Positions 16,799-30,443 of a stretch of 64,000 nt of DNA are shown here, in pieces (position 1 is the first letter of the stretch; every line of letters begins with the position of its first letter). The position numbers and the translations under genes were made by a program. Source of the DNA: Candidatus Krumholzibacteriia bacterium. GTDB taxonomy: Bacteria; Krumholzibacteriota; Krumholzibacteriia; WVZY01. The stretch lies in contig JBHHVD010000002.1 of the NCBI GenBank assembly GCA_046754105.1, positions 7,551-71,550 on the forward strand. The letters run 5' to 3'. Below the pieces are notes generated by a model. The model was not told the origin of the DNA, ran no database searches, and worked only from the letters and a program-made list of their open reading frames with translations.

Positions 16799-18307
16799 CT
16801 AGCGGGATCGGCCCCTGACCTCGCTCAGCGTATAGACGTGTCCTTCCCGATCCACCATCAGCACGCGCGTTCCCGGTGATTCCCCCCTGGATATCCACTG
16901 GCGGTCCGGCTCGAGGACGACGTTTATGGACGGATCGCCGAGAGCCATCGCGACCAACGCACCATTGCCCAGAGCCCAAAACAGATCCCGCTTTCGTCCC
17001 CCGGTATCCACCTGTTGCCAATCGTAATAAACCATGTGCACGGTTCGAATCCCCTGCCCGTTGCCGACCTTTGAGACGATGTCGTCATGAATGGTACGGC
17101 CGAGCCGCGACCGGCGGATGACGAAGCTGGCATCGGCCCACACACGAGGATCCGATGCCCGCCGCAACTGGGTATGGACGGACACGAGGGATGTGCCAAA
17201 CAATCCCGCCACGAGGACCGACGCCGTGACGACGCGGGCCCGCGGCGCGCGCAGAGCGCGGATGCGAAAGAGATCGCTCAGTGCCAGCGCCGAGAGGTAA
17301 AAGACGCCCAGCGCCGCCGGGTAGGTGTGGTAGTAGAACTCGTGCTCGCGGAGGAACAACGTGGGAAACAACGTGGCCAGTACGAACGCGCCGGCGAAGA
17401 CCACCGGCGTGACGCGGCGCCGTACGAGATGATACCCGACGAGTGCGACGAGAATCACGTGCGTCACCCGGGGGGCCAGGGGCGCCGCGGTGATCCGGTT
17501 CGACACGGCCGGCCAGGGGTTGGTCATAGCGCCGAGGTAGGCGGCGAGGTTCTCGAGCACGTTCCTGCCGTACGCAAACCCCGCATAACCGGAGTCGGGC
17601 ACGCCCTTGAACACGCGGGCGAGTGTGTACACGCTGAAAACCAGCACGTGGGGCCACAGCGTCCGCAGGATTTCGGAGGGCGAGCGGCGCCGGCCTCCGA
17701 TACCGAGCGCAGCCAGCACGACGAGCAGCGGGCCGGCGGCGAACGTCTGTTCGAGGCTCAGGACGGCGAGCACGTAGGCCAGCGCCGATACGAACCCCAG
17801 AGGGCGGGATCGCTCCTGCACGGCACGAATCCCCGTCCACAGACAAGTGAGGAAAAAAAGCGTGCCGGCGAGCTGCTGGATGCAGGCGACCCATGCCACG
17901 GCGTTCAGGAAGGCGACGTTCATCCCGAACAACGCGCTCGCCAGTACCGCCGGCAGCCGGCGGACTCCCAGCCGGCCGATCACCTTGAAAACCAGCCACG
18001 TATTGGCAACGTGGACGAGGAGGGAGACGAGGTGGTAGGCGAACGGCTTGAGGCCGAAGGCCGCGTACATGACAGCGAAGTAGAGGTATTTCGTCAGCGG
18101 GCGGTAGTGGTGCTTGGTAAACGCGAACCCCCAGCCCGGCTCGTTCACGGCACGCTGCATCAACATGAAGTCGTCCTGCGCGAAGAACAGGACCAGCACG
18201 GGCAGGAATGTCACCGCGGTGAGCACCAGCGTCGAGGCCAGCAAGGCCCGCACCGGACCGCGCCGGCCATCGGGGAATTCGTCGCGTAAAGTGTCGCTGG
18301 ACGTCAT
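16799..18307 (-). CDS. GT-C-type (TMTC/ArnT-like) integral membrane glycosyltransferase
   Basis: FFAQDDF, YRPLTKY, PFAYHLVSLLVHVAN motifs; many TM segments. Confidence 0.72.
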   Translation of the reverse strand: MTSSDTLRDEFPDGRRGPVRALLASTLVLTAVTFLPVLVLFFAQDDFMLMQRAVNEPGWGFAFTKHHYRPLTKYLYFAVMYAAFGLKPFAYHLVSLLVHVANTWLVFKVIGRLGVRRLPAVLASALFGMNVAFLNAVAWVACIQQLAGTLFFLTCLWTGIRAVQERSRPLGFVSALAYVLAVLSLEQTFAAGPLLVVLAALGIGGRRRSPSEILRTLWPHVLVFSVYTLARVFKGVPDSGYAGFAYGRNVLENLAAYLGAMTNPWPAVSNRITAAPLAPRVTHVILVALVGYHLVRRRVTPVVFAGAFVLATLFPTLFLREHEFYYHTYPAALGVFYLSALALSDLFRIRALRAPRARVVTASVLVAGLFGTSLVSVHTQLRRASDPRVWADASFVIRRSRLGRTIHDDIVSKVGNGQGIRTVHMVYYDWQQVDTGGRKRDLFWALGNGALVAMALGDPSINVVLEPDRQWISRGESPGTRVLMVDREGHVYTLSEVRGRSR

Positions 18308-18553
18308 GATCGCGTCAGGGCGGGCAAGCGCCGCTTTCCCCGCTGGCCGCATCGTACCACAACCAGCGGCGATGCGATTTCATTTTCCTTGAGAATGGTA
18401 AAGGCGCCGTTCGTCCGTTCGACACGTGCCCGGGAGGCTTGGGCCGTGGTATGCTCGTCCGGCTCCCGGGCGCGGGCCTCCCGCGTGCCGACGAGCACGC
18501 TCGGCACGTGATGCTTTCGAAGGGGTTTGTGTTGACACGAAGTTGTTATACGA

Positions 18554-19429
18554 ATGGCTGCTAGCGCCGCACGGCTGCGAACGACGATCCTGACCGGGTT
18601 GGCTCTGGTGGCGTTCGCCGGGAACTCCGTCCTGTGCCGTCTGGCCTTGGGTGATGCGGCCATCGACGCGTCCAGCTTCTCGACCCTCCGCCTGGTGTCG
18701 GGCGCGTTGACACTGTCGCTGATCGCCGTCGTACCGGGGAGAAAGACGACCGTACGGCACGGCGGTGGCTGGCTCCCGGCAACGATGCTGTTTCTCTACG
18801 CGGTCGCCTTTTCGTTCGCGTACATGAGTCTAAGCACGGCCACGGGTGCTCTTATCCTGTTTGGTGCCGTACAGGCCACCATGATTCTGTCGGCCCTGGC
18901 CTTCGGAGAGCGACCACGTCCATTGGAGTGGATCGGACTCGGGCTCGCCCTCTGCGGACTGGTTTACCTCGTGCTCCCCGGGCTGGCCGCGCCCTCCCCC
19001 GCCGGGTCCGCACTGATGACGGTTGCCGGTATCGCGTGGGGCGCCTATTCACTCAGGGGCCGGGGCGCCGGCGATCCCACCGCGGCAACGACCGGCAATT
19101 TCGTGCGCTCCGTACCGCTGGTTGTCGCGGTTAGCGTAATCATGCTAAAACACATCCACATTTCACCGCGGGGCGCGCTGCTCGCGGCTTCATCCGGCGC
19201 CATCGCTTCGGGGTTGGGCTACGTGGCCTGGTACGCCGCACTCCGTGGGCTCACCGCGACACGGGCTGCGATGGTGCAACTTGCCGTACCCGTGCTGGCA
19301 GCGCTGGGAGGCGTAGCCGTGCTCTCCGAGGAAGTCTCCTTGCGCCTGCTCATGTCGGCGATTCTCATACTGGGCGGGATCGGTCTGTCCGTAACGGGTG
19401 GCAGGACGTCCCGGGAGCGGGGATCGTAA
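18554..19429 (+). CDS. DMT/EamA-family transporter
   Basis: AFAGNSVLCRLAL, LYAVAFSFAY, SGLGYVAWY, QLAVPV; ~10 TM. Confidence 0.9.
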   Translation: MAASAARLRTTILTGLALVAFAGNSVLCRLALGDAAIDASSFSTLRLVSGALTLSLIAVVPGRKTTVRHGGGWLPATMLFLYAVAFSFAYMSLSTATGALILFGAVQATMILSALAFGERPRPLEWIGLGLALCGLVYLVLPGLAAPSPAGSALMTVAGIAWGAYSLRGRGAGDPTAATTGNFVRSVPLVVAVSVIMLKHIHISPRGALLAASSGAIASGLGYVAWYAALRGLTATRAAMVQLAVPVLAALGGVAVLSEEVSLRLLMSAILILGGIGLSVTGGRTSRERGS

Positions 19430-19498
19430 CCGGTCGGACGGCATGCCATCCAACCGGCAGCTTGACATACGGCAACTCCGGCGCCCGGAAGGAAGGGT

Positions 19499-21016
19499 TC
19501 ATTCGCCGGGAAGCTGCCGGCGGGCCCTCATCTCCTCTACGGTGTAACAATGGCCGAGGTAATCGAAGAAAAAGACCGCCGAACCGGCCCCATGATCCGG
19601 CATGCCTTCCTTGGCCTCTTGAAACCTTACATCCAGTCCCGGAGCCGAGAAAAACAACCGAAAGGCGTCTCCATCCGCCAGCGCCGACATCACGTTCTTT
19701 CCCTGCCAGCCCATCTCGCCGGGATATACCATGAGAAGTCTCCCATGCCGGTAGATGTTCGCGGCGTTGCGCATCATGTCGTCGTAGGCGTTCCTGGCGA
19801 TCACGGCTCTCCGGAAGACGACGTGCCTGCGCATCTCGCCGCTCGATCCCAACGTGCTGGTCTCGTTCGCCCGGACTTTTGTATAGGAGATGACCGAGAG
19901 CATGATTACGATGGCCGCCGCAGACAAGCGTGCGAACCGCGGACCCGCCGCGCGCAGGACCGAATACAAATCCTCGACCACCGGCGCCACCAGGTAGAGC
20001 ATGCCGAAGGCCGGCACATAGTTGTGCGTGAACGCCTTGTGTTGCTGCAGGAAGAGAACGGGAAGAAGGGCGAGGAGATAGAAGGAAACACCGAGAATCA
20101 CCGTGTCCCCGCGTCCCCGCGAGAGGTTATAGACGATGACCAGCAACAGGATAAAATGAGCCGACGTGATTCCAGGCGAATATGCATTGAACGCGAAGGG
20201 GACCTCAATCGCCAGATCGAACATCCAATCCACGTAGGTCAGGACGTTGGAGAGGACGTTCCAACCGGCGGCGAACTCGTACGGGCCGGATCTGGGTATC
20301 CCGCGCCGGATGAATACGAACAGAAGATAAACCGCCATGGCGGTGAGAAGAGGCCACGTGCGGCGCAGGGCCGATGCGAGGCGTTCACGGAGCGGTCTCG
20401 CCTTGTCCTGCAGAAGAAAAAACACCACGAGAAAGAGCGGAATGGCGCAGGTTTGCTCCATGGCTGCGAGCGCGAGCACGTAGGTCACGGCACTCGCCGT
20501 TGTGAAAAACAATCGGCTCCGTCCCTGTGTGCGCAGGGCAAGGTGGAGCGTACTCAGCGCCAGCAGCGCTGATAACAGTTGCTGTATGCAGGAAATCCAG
20601 GCGATGACGCTCAGAAAGCCGACGTGCAAGGCGAAGAACAACGTCACGACGAGAGCCGGCACCCGGCTGATTCTCAAACGCCTCAGCAGCAGAAAGATCA
20701 ACACGGAGTTCAAGAAATGCAGTACCAGGGACACGATGTGATACGGCAGTGGATTGAGTCCGAACAGCGGGTACATGAGCCGAAAGTAGATGTATTTGGT
20801 AAGCGGTCGAAACTGCCCCGGCGCCGAACCGAACGTAATGGCCATCGATGATTTCATCGAAAAGTTCGCCGCGTACATGAGCCCGAAATCGTCCTGGGCA
20901 AAGAAATAGCCCGTCGTAGGCAAGAAGCAAACCACGATCAGCAACGCAATACCGGCGAGCGCCAGGACGGTGGCGCCCCTGCGATTCCGTGCTTCGTTCA
21001 TAGTCTCTGCTGTCAT
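19499..21016 (-). CDS. Second GT-C-type (TMTC/ArnT-like) membrane glycosyltransferase, paralogue of 16799-18307
   Basis: FFAQDDF, FRPLTKY, PLPYHIVSLVLHFLN, AWISCIQQL; start taken downstream of the tRNA. Confidence 0.72.
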   Translation of the reverse strand: MTAETMNEARNRRGATVLALAGIALLIVVCFLPTTGYFFAQDDFGLMYAANFSMKSSMAITFGSAPGQFRPLTKYIYFRLMYPLFGLNPLPYHIVSLVLHFLNSVLIFLLLRRLRISRVPALVVTLFFALHVGFLSVIAWISCIQQLLSALLALSTLHLALRTQGRSRLFFTTASAVTYVLALAAMEQTCAIPLFLVVFFLLQDKARPLRERLASALRRTWPLLTAMAVYLLFVFIRRGIPRSGPYEFAAGWNVLSNVLTYVDWMFDLAIEVPFAFNAYSPGITSAHFILLLVIVYNLSRGRGDTVILGVSFYLLALLPVLFLQQHKAFTHNYVPAFGMLYLVAPVVEDLYSVLRAAGPRFARLSAAAIVIMLSVISYTKVRANETSTLGSSGEMRRHVVFRRAVIARNAYDDMMRNAANIYRHGRLLMVYPGEMGWQGKNVMSALADGDAFRLFFSAPGLDVRFQEAKEGMPDHGAGSAVFFFDYLGHCYTVEEMRARRQLPGE

Positions 21017-21043
21017 AACGGAGGGCGCCGCGCGGCGATAATA

Positions 21044-21120
21044 TGGTGCCCCCGAGACGATTCGAACGTCCGACACCCGGTTTAGGAAACCGGTGCTCTA
21101 TCCAACTGAGCTACGGGGGC
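21044..21120 (-). tRNA. tRNA-Arg(CCT)
   Basis: GCCCCCG acceptor, anticodon arm CCGGT-TTCCTAA-ACCGG, TTCGAAT T-loop, encoded CCA. Confidence 0.97.
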
Positions 21121-21143
21121 ACGTTGTTTAGAAGGTAACCGGA

Positions 21144-21668
21144 TCAGTCGTACTGGATCAACGAAAACACGGGGGTGCCGTCGAGCTTCGCACGCCCGCC
21201 GAGTCCCTCAAGCTCGATGACGAAGCCCACTTCGATCACTTCCCCACCGAGTTTGTTCACCAGGGCCACGGACGCCGCGGCGGTGCCACCGGTCGCGAGC
21301 AGGTCATCGAACAACAGCACGCGGTCCCCGGGGGATACCGCGTCCTTGTGGATCTCGAGTGTCGATTCGCCGTACTCGAGCAGATAGGATTCGGCTACCG
21401 TCTCATAAGGCAGCTTGCCGGGTTTGCGCAGCGGCACGAACGCGGCTCCCAGGCTGTAGGACAGCGGCGCGGCAAAAAGAAACCCACGCGACTCGATGGC
21501 GACGATCTTGTCGATGCGACTGCCCTCATAGCGCTCGCGCAGCAGGTCGATCGTGCTTCGAAACGCGTCCGGGTTCATCAACAGCGGCGTGATGTCCCTG
21601 AAGAGGATCCCCGGCTTCGGAAAATCGGGGATGTCTCGGATATGCGATTTCAATTGCTCGGTGTTCAT
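21144..21668 (-). CDS. apt: Adenine phosphoribosyltransferase
   Basis: [38 protein letters not shown]. Confidence 0.97.
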   Translation of the reverse strand: MNTEQLKSHIRDIPDFPKPGILFRDITPLLMNPDAFRSTIDLLRERYEGSRIDKIVAIESRGFLFAAPLSYSLGAAFVPLRKPGKLPYETVAESYLLEYGESTLEIHKDAVSPGDRVLLFDDLLATGGTAAASVALVNKLGGEVIEVGFVIELEGLGGRAKLDGTPVFSLIQYD

Positions 21669-22544
21669 TTACTGTACCTTGCCTCCGGATAGCATCAGCT
21701 TGAGTTTCTGCAACGCCCGTTTCTCTATCTGACGGATGCGCTCCCGCGACACACCGATCATCTTGCCCGTCTCGGCCAGCGTGCGCGGATGCCCGTCCGC
21801 CAGGCCGTAGCGGGTTCGCAAAATCTGTTGTTCCCGTTCACTGAGGTATTTCTCCATATATTCCGTAATCTGTTCGTTCTCCAGTTGGATCGATATGATC
21901 TTCTCGGGGCTTGGCGTATCCTGCTGCGCCGCGTCGGTGGACAGCTTCTGCAGGGCTTCGGCCGTTACGCTGAACTCCTCCGAGCGGATGCCGTGGATCA
22001 GGCTCTTGACCAGGCGGATCTTCTTGACGTTGACCCCGAGGTCTGTAGCGGCCCGTTCCTCGTCGGGCGCACGATCCGCGTACCGCTCCTCGAGTCGCAG
22101 GTAACGATTGATCAGTTGGTAGATGTGAATCGGGATCCGGATTGATTTCGACTGGTTGGCGATGGCCCGCGTCATCGACTGCTTGATCCACAACGAAGCG
22201 TAGGTACTGAAACGAAATCCCTTTGAGTAATCAAACTTACCGGCGGCGCGGATCAGACCGATATTGCCCTCCTCGACGAGGTCGAGAAAACTGAGGCCCT
22301 GACCGAGGTAGCGCTTGGCGATGGTGACGACCAGGCGCAGGTTGGAAATGATCAGAGTGCGCTTGGCCTCCTCGTCACCGCCCTCCATCACCGCCTTGCC
22401 GAGCGTCTGCTCCTCTTCGGCGCTCAGGAGCGGGTGTCGATTTATTTCGGAAAGGTAGCGGGTCTGAATATCATAGTCCCCGCCCGCCTGGGATGTGGTG
22501 CGTGCCGCTCCGGACTCCTTTTTCCTTGGCATACTCGATCCCAT
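21669..22544 (-). CDS. Group-2 (RpoS-like) sigma70 factor
   Basis: NLRLVVTIAKRY, DLVEEGNIGL, GFRFSTYA, region 4 TLAETG..IGVSRERIRQIE; no region 1.1; surE-pcm...apt context; start uncertain (22544 or 22532). Confidence 0.88.
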   Translation of the reverse strand: MGSSMPRKKESGAARTTSQAGGDYDIQTRYLSEINRHPLLSAEEEQTLGKAVMEGGDEEAKRTLIISNLRLVVTIAKRYLGQGLSFLDLVEEGNIGLIRAAGKFDYSKGFRFSTYASLWIKQSMTRAIANQSKSIRIPIHIYQLINRYLRLEERYADRAPDEERAATDLGVNVKKIRLVKSLIHGIRSEEFSVTAEALQKLSTDAAQQDTPSPEKIISIQLENEQITEYMEKYLSEREQQILRTRYGLADGHPRTLAETGKMIGVSRERIRQIEKRALQKLKLMLSGGKVQ

Positions 22545-22548
22545 GGAA

Positions 22549-22570
22549 GCCCCGGGGGGTTCCCCGGGGC
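22549..22570. terminator. Perfect GC hairpin between tRNA-Pro and the sigma gene
   Basis: GCCCCGGGG-GGTT-CCCCGGGGC. Confidence 0.5.
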
Positions 22571-22577
22571 GGTTCAA

Positions 22578-22655
<78 letters not shown>

Positions 22656-22865
22656 ACATCGATGATTTCCGGGATCGAGAGCCGGAGACGCCCGTGCCGC
22701 CCGACCTGAACCCAACCTAAGTCTTTAGAATGTAACATCTATTCGAATTCATTCAACCACATCTTTCGGCGCTCCCGGGCGGCGATCCCCGAGGACGGCC
22801 GCCGGCTTTCGGGCGGGCCCGCCTGCGGTGTGGGTCGGAGGCCACGCCGCCCCATCTACAGCGGC

Positions 22866-22895
22866 TTGACCCGGGCGCGGGTACGGCATTACAAT
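22866..22895 (+). promoter_or_regulatory. Putative sigma70 promoter of metH
   Basis: TTGACC-18-TACAAT. Confidence 0.5.
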
Positions 22896-22976
22896 ACATC
22901 CAATTACACACGCCCCCCGCCACCTGCGCGGGCCCGTAAACGCTTCCGCTCCAGACACGCATCCAGGAATGGGAAA

Positions 22977-26695
<3,719 letters not shown>

Positions 26696-26731
26696 GCGCA
26701 CGAGCTCGTACGCGCTTCTGCGACACGCCCC

Positions 26732-27238
26732 TCACGGTGTCCCGCTCGAAACTCCCCACACCGAAATCAATCCCAGCGCCGCCAGCGTGACTACGACACC
26801 GGCGATACAGATGCCGGCGAAGACGGCCGGCAGTGCCACGCGTTTCTTGACACCGAAGAGGAATGCGGCCACGGTTCCGGTCCATGCTCCGGTGACCGGC
26901 AGCGGTATCGCGACGAACAGGACGAGTCCCAGGATCTCGAATCGCTCGATCAAGCGGCCCTTGCGACGCGTGCGGGCGAAGAGCCAGTCGAAAAACCGGT
27001 CGAACGTCTTGTAGCGCCGAAGATACTCCGACACCGGACCGATCAAGTACAGAATCGGAATGACGGGAATGAAATTTGCGATGACGGCAATCGAGTACGC
27101 CTCCTGCCACGGCATCTTGCCCACGGCAATCGCGTATGGAATGGCCCCTCGCAATTCTGAAATCGGGAGCATGGCCAGCACGGCGGTCGTCACCTCGTGC
27201 GGCGAGCTGGACATGAGGTCGATCAGTTTTTCTCGCAT
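26732..27238 (-). CDS. Small multi-drug export-like membrane protein (COG2426)
   Basis: MLPISELRGAIP, FVAIPLPVTGAWTG. Confidence 0.88.
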   Translation of the reverse strand: MREKLIDLMSSSPHEVTTAVLAMLPISELRGAIPYAIAVGKMPWQEAYSIAVIANFIPVIPILYLIGPVSEYLRRYKTFDRFFDWLFARTRRKGRLIERFEILGLVLFVAIPLPVTGAWTGTVAAFLFGVKKRVALPAVFAGICIAGVVVTLAALGLISVWGVSSGTP

Positions 27239-27918
27239 CGTGGGATCGCAGGTGGTTGGGGGGCGCCCGGGTGCTCCGCCGTACCGCGGACCAGGGGCAC
27301 GAAGGAACAGTCCCTGAGTTTCTCGAGGTGGAACGAGTTGTGCCGGCGCGTGAGCTTGACGATGTGCTGTTTTGTCTTACCGTCGGCGACCGGCCCCAAC
27401 AGAAACCCTCCCTCGGCCAACTGGGTCACGAGTGCCTCCGGCACCCCCGCGGCCGCCGCCGTCAACAGGATGCGGTCGAACGGGGCCCGCTCGCACCAGC
27501 CTCGGGCGCCGTCGCCGGTCTTTACAAAAACCGACTCGATACGCAGCCTGTCGAAGATCGCTTCCGCCCGCCGCGCCAGCCCGGGAATCCGCTCGATGGA
27601 ACACACGTTCGACGCAAGCCGCGACAACACCGCGGCCTGGTAACCGGAACCCGTCCCGATTTCCAGTATATTCTCGTTTCCCTGCAGTTCGAGTTCCTGG
27701 GCCAGGTAGGCCACCATGTACGGCTGTGACATGGTCTGCGCATGACCGATCGGGAACGCGTGGTTGCTGTACGCTTCTGAACCCGCCTCGTGGTCGAGAA
27801 AAAGGTGCCTCGGAACGGCTTGCATCGCGTCGAGCACGCGAGGGTCGGTGATGCCACCCGGGATGATCTGCTCGCGCACCATCCGCGCCCGCGCCACGGG
27901 GTAGTCCTGGAAGCTCAT
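27223..27918 (-). CDS. pcm: Protein-L-isoaspartate O-methyltransferase
   Basis: VPRHLF, QTMSQP, LEIGTGSGYQAA, APFDRI, FVPL. Confidence 0.95.
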   Translation of the reverse strand: MSFQDYPVARARMVREQIIPGGITDPRVLDAMQAVPRHLFLDHEAGSEAYSNHAFPIGHAQTMSQPYMVAYLAQELELQGNENILEIGTGSGYQAAVLSRLASNVCSIERIPGLARRAEAIFDRLRIESVFVKTGDGARGWCERAPFDRILLTAAAAGVPEALVTQLAEGGFLLGPVADGKTKQHIVKLTRRHNSFHLEKLRDCSFVPLVRGTAEHPGAPQPPAIPRCEKN

Positions 27919-28670
27919 AGGTCGAAGCGCCACCTCTCCATTTCCACGATGGATTTGTAGTGCGTCAGATCGAGATGCAGCGGCGTGATCGACACGTAGC
28001 CGCTGCGGATCGCGGCGATGTCAGTTCCCTCTTCGTCCTTCCACACGGGCTCGTCTTCTCCGCCGATTACGAAGCCCTTCTCACCCGTCTGGTCCCTTTG
28101 TTCCCGCAACAAATTGTCATACGCCCTCGAACCCAGGCGCGTGACCCGCGCACCCTTTATGGCGGAGATCTCGGGGTTCGGGATGTTGACATTCAGCAGC
28201 GAACCCTCCGGCAGGCCGTGCTTGAGTGCCGCTTCCACTATCGTCCGGGCCACGCGGCCGATCTCCTCAGTGCTCGAAACGCTCTTTTGCAGGGAGGAAA
28301 AGGCGATCGACGGCACGCCAAGTATGGTGCCCTCTATGGCGGCGGCGACCGTGCCGCTGTAGGTTACGTCTTCGCCCATGTTGGGACCGTGGTTCACGCC
28401 GGAAATTACCAGGTCCGGCTTGCGGTCCAGCAGTACCTCGATCGCCAGCAGCACGCAGTCCGTCGGTGTACCGTCGACCGTGTGGCGGTTGTCGCCCAGG
28501 CAGCGGGTGGCGATCTGCTTGCGCAGCGTCAAGGAGTGGCTGCTGGCGCTTTGCTGGTTGAGAGGCGCCACGACGGAGATATCGCCCAGAGCTTCCATGG
28601 CGTCTACCAGCACCTGCAGGCCGGCCGCGTCGTGGCCGTCATCGTTGGTGAGCAGGATTGCGAGGGACAT
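27915..28670 (-). CDS. surE: 5'/3'-nucleotidase SurE
   Basis: ILLTNDDG, GTPTDCV, SGVNHGPN, YSGTVAAA, SITPL. Confidence 0.97.
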   Translation of the reverse strand: MSLAILLTNDDGHDAAGLQVLVDAMEALGDISVVAPLNQQSASSHSLTLRKQIATRCLGDNRHTVDGTPTDCVLLAIEVLLDRKPDLVISGVNHGPNMGEDVTYSGTVAAAIEGTILGVPSIAFSSLQKSVSSTEEIGRVARTIVEAALKHGLPEGSLLNVNIPNPEISAIKGARVTRLGSRAYDNLLREQRDQTGEKGFVIGGEDEPVWKDEEGTDIAAIRSGYVSITPLHLDLTHYKSIVEMERWRFDL

Positions 28671-28706
28671 GATTTCAACCTTTCGCGCGACAAAGTTCGC
28701 CCGAGC

Positions 28707-29393
28707 CTACCAGAAGAGGCTCTTTAGCACCAGCCGCAAAAATCGCAGCGTATCGACCAGCGGGTTGACCCCGCTCTTTTCCGTGCCGTAGATCGTCTCG
28801 ACCGGGACGGAATCGATTTTCGCCCCGGCCCGGCCCGCCTTGATCAAGATTTCGGACTCGGTATCGTAGCGCGTCGTCTCCAGTCGCAAACGGTCGAAAA
28901 GAGAGGTCCTCAGCATCCGGTAGCCGTTTTGCGAATCGGGGACGCGGGCGTGGGCCCGCAGCGACACAAAGGCGGAGGTCACGCGGTTGGCGAAAACCCG
29001 CAGGGGTGGCATGTCGCCCCGCTCGCCCATGCGGTTGCCGACGATGACGTCGGCGCCGGTTGCTGCTTGCCGCTCGATGAAACGCGGTATTTCATCCGGA
29101 TTGTGTTGCCCATCGGCGTCGAGTGTGATTACGAATTGCATGTCGAGCGACCGTGCCTTGTCGATCCCGGAGGCAAGCGCCGCCCCCTTGCCCAAGTTGC
29201 GCGGATGAACGACCACGTGCACGCCGTGCGCGCGGGCGAGTGCCCCGCTGCCATCGTCAGAACCGTCGTCGACCACGATTACCGGCAGCTTGAAGACCGC
29301 CACGCGCTCCAGGACACCGGCGAGATGACGGGCAGCGTTCCACGCGGGAATCACCACCGCGGTGGCACCCAGGGCTGCCTTAGATGCGATCAA
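28707..29393 (-). CDS. Glycosyltransferase family 2 (DPM-synthase-like)
   Basis: VIPAWN, VVDDGSDD, NLGKGAA, LDADGQH, DSQNGYR. Confidence 0.9.
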   Translation of the reverse strand: MIASKAALGATAVVIPAWNAARHLAGVLERVAVFKLPVIVVDDGSDDGSGALARAHGVHVVVHPRNLGKGAALASGIDKARSLDMQFVITLDADGQHNPDEIPRFIERQAATGADVIVGNRMGERGDMPPLRVFANRVTSAFVSLRAHARVPDSQNGYRMLRTSLFDRLRLETTRYDTESEILIKAGRAGAKIDSVPVETIYGTEKSGVNPLVDTLRFLRLVLKSLFW

Positions 29394-30231
29394 AGTTGAA
29401 CCACTGGTCGGGGTGCCGGGAGATGAAGGTTTCCATGTCGCCGCGGCAGTCTTCCTGCAGCCGCACCATCGCCCCCTCGTACCCGAGACTCCGGTCCGGA
29501 AAATGAGGACCGTTGTGGACGAATCGAAAACCGTTGCGCCCGTTGAAGAGGCAGGCCGTCGTCACTACGGGCACGCCGCAACGCACGGCCAGCGCCGCGT
29601 GTCCGATCGGCAGTTCGAACCGATGACCGAACATGCGCGAGACGCGTTTGCGCCCGCCGTACGGTCGGTCGATGAGGAGGACGATGCTCTTGCCTTCACG
29701 AAGCACCCGCTGCAACGAGCCTGCCGATGCACGGCCCATGGACACCCCCTCGATCCCCGCGTGGGAGCGTCGTTCATCAAAGAAACGCGTGACGTGACGG
29801 GAAGGATGCGGAAACGCGATGGTGGCCAGCTCGATGCCGAGCGCGGCCAGACAGGCTCCGCCCACCTCCCAGGCACCCAGGTGGGGCCCGGCGAGGATGA
29901 ACGCGCCCTTGCGGCGCAGGTCTCGCGTCACTTCGTCGAGGCCGTCGTAATCGCAGTTCGCCCTGAGTTCTTCCGGGTCGATAAAAGGCAGTCGCAGGAA
30001 ATAACAGATGCTCCGCGCAAAGTTCGAGAAGACGGCCCGCGTTACCCTGCGGCGCTCCATCTCCGTCGCCTCCGGGATGATCCGGCGCAGGTTGTGCATG
30101 ACGTTCCCCCGCGAACGGCGGCGGAACACGTATTGGGTCTTGAGGATCGCTTCGGTAATAGATTCTGAGACTTCGGGAGGCAGACGCCGCGCAAAAAATG
30201 CGCCGAGCTTATAACAGGCGACACTGATCAT
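29380..30231 (-). CDS. Lipid A/glycolipid acyltransferase family protein
   Basis: HLGAWE (HxxxxE), LLIDR, PDQWF C-terminus. Confidence 0.85.
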   Translation of the reverse strand: MISVACYKLGAFFARRLPPEVSESITEAILKTQYVFRRRSRGNVMHNLRRIIPEATEMERRRVTRAVFSNFARSICYFLRLPFIDPEELRANCDYDGLDEVTRDLRRKGAFILAGPHLGAWEVGGACLAALGIELATIAFPHPSRHVTRFFDERRSHAGIEGVSMGRASAGSLQRVLREGKSIVLLIDRPYGGRKRVSRMFGHRFELPIGHAALAVRCGVPVVTTACLFNGRNGFRFVHNGPHFPDRSLGYEGAMVRLQEDCRGDMETFISRHPDQWFNFDRI

Positions 30232-30327
30232 TCACTCGCTACACCCACCTGACACCGTCACCGGCGATTGAGGTGCATTCCGGTTCAGGTCGCCGCATGC
30301 GGATACGGGTCAACGAACGCAAAAAAA

Positions 30328-30405
30328 TGGTCGGGGCGACTGGATTTGAACCAGCGACCACTTGTCCCCCAGACAAGTGCGCTAACCGGGCTGCGCTACG
30401 CCCCG
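30328..30405 (-). tRNA. tRNA-Pro(GGG)
   Basis: Anticodon arm CTTGT-CTGGGGG-ACAAG, TTCAAAT, CCA; follows the MerR gene. Confidence 0.97.
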
Positions 30406-30443
30406 ACCTACGTATCTTACAATAACACTGGAACTTGACGGAT

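Noticed and set aside
17042-17060. GGTTCGAATCCC tRNA T-loop-like sequence (possible att remnant)
   Set aside because: Lies within an intact CDS, has no cloverleaf and does not match the 3' ends of the local tRNAs.
19454-19520. CCGGAAGGAAG inside a 10-bp inverted repeat, resembling SRP RNA
   Set aside because: Lacks the CAGG...AGCAG internal loop and overlaps the end of a CDS; more likely a hairpin between convergent genes.
22660-22976. Possible SAM or B12 riboswitch upstream of metH
   Set aside because: No recognisable aptamer consensus; the predicted leader is only ~75 nt.
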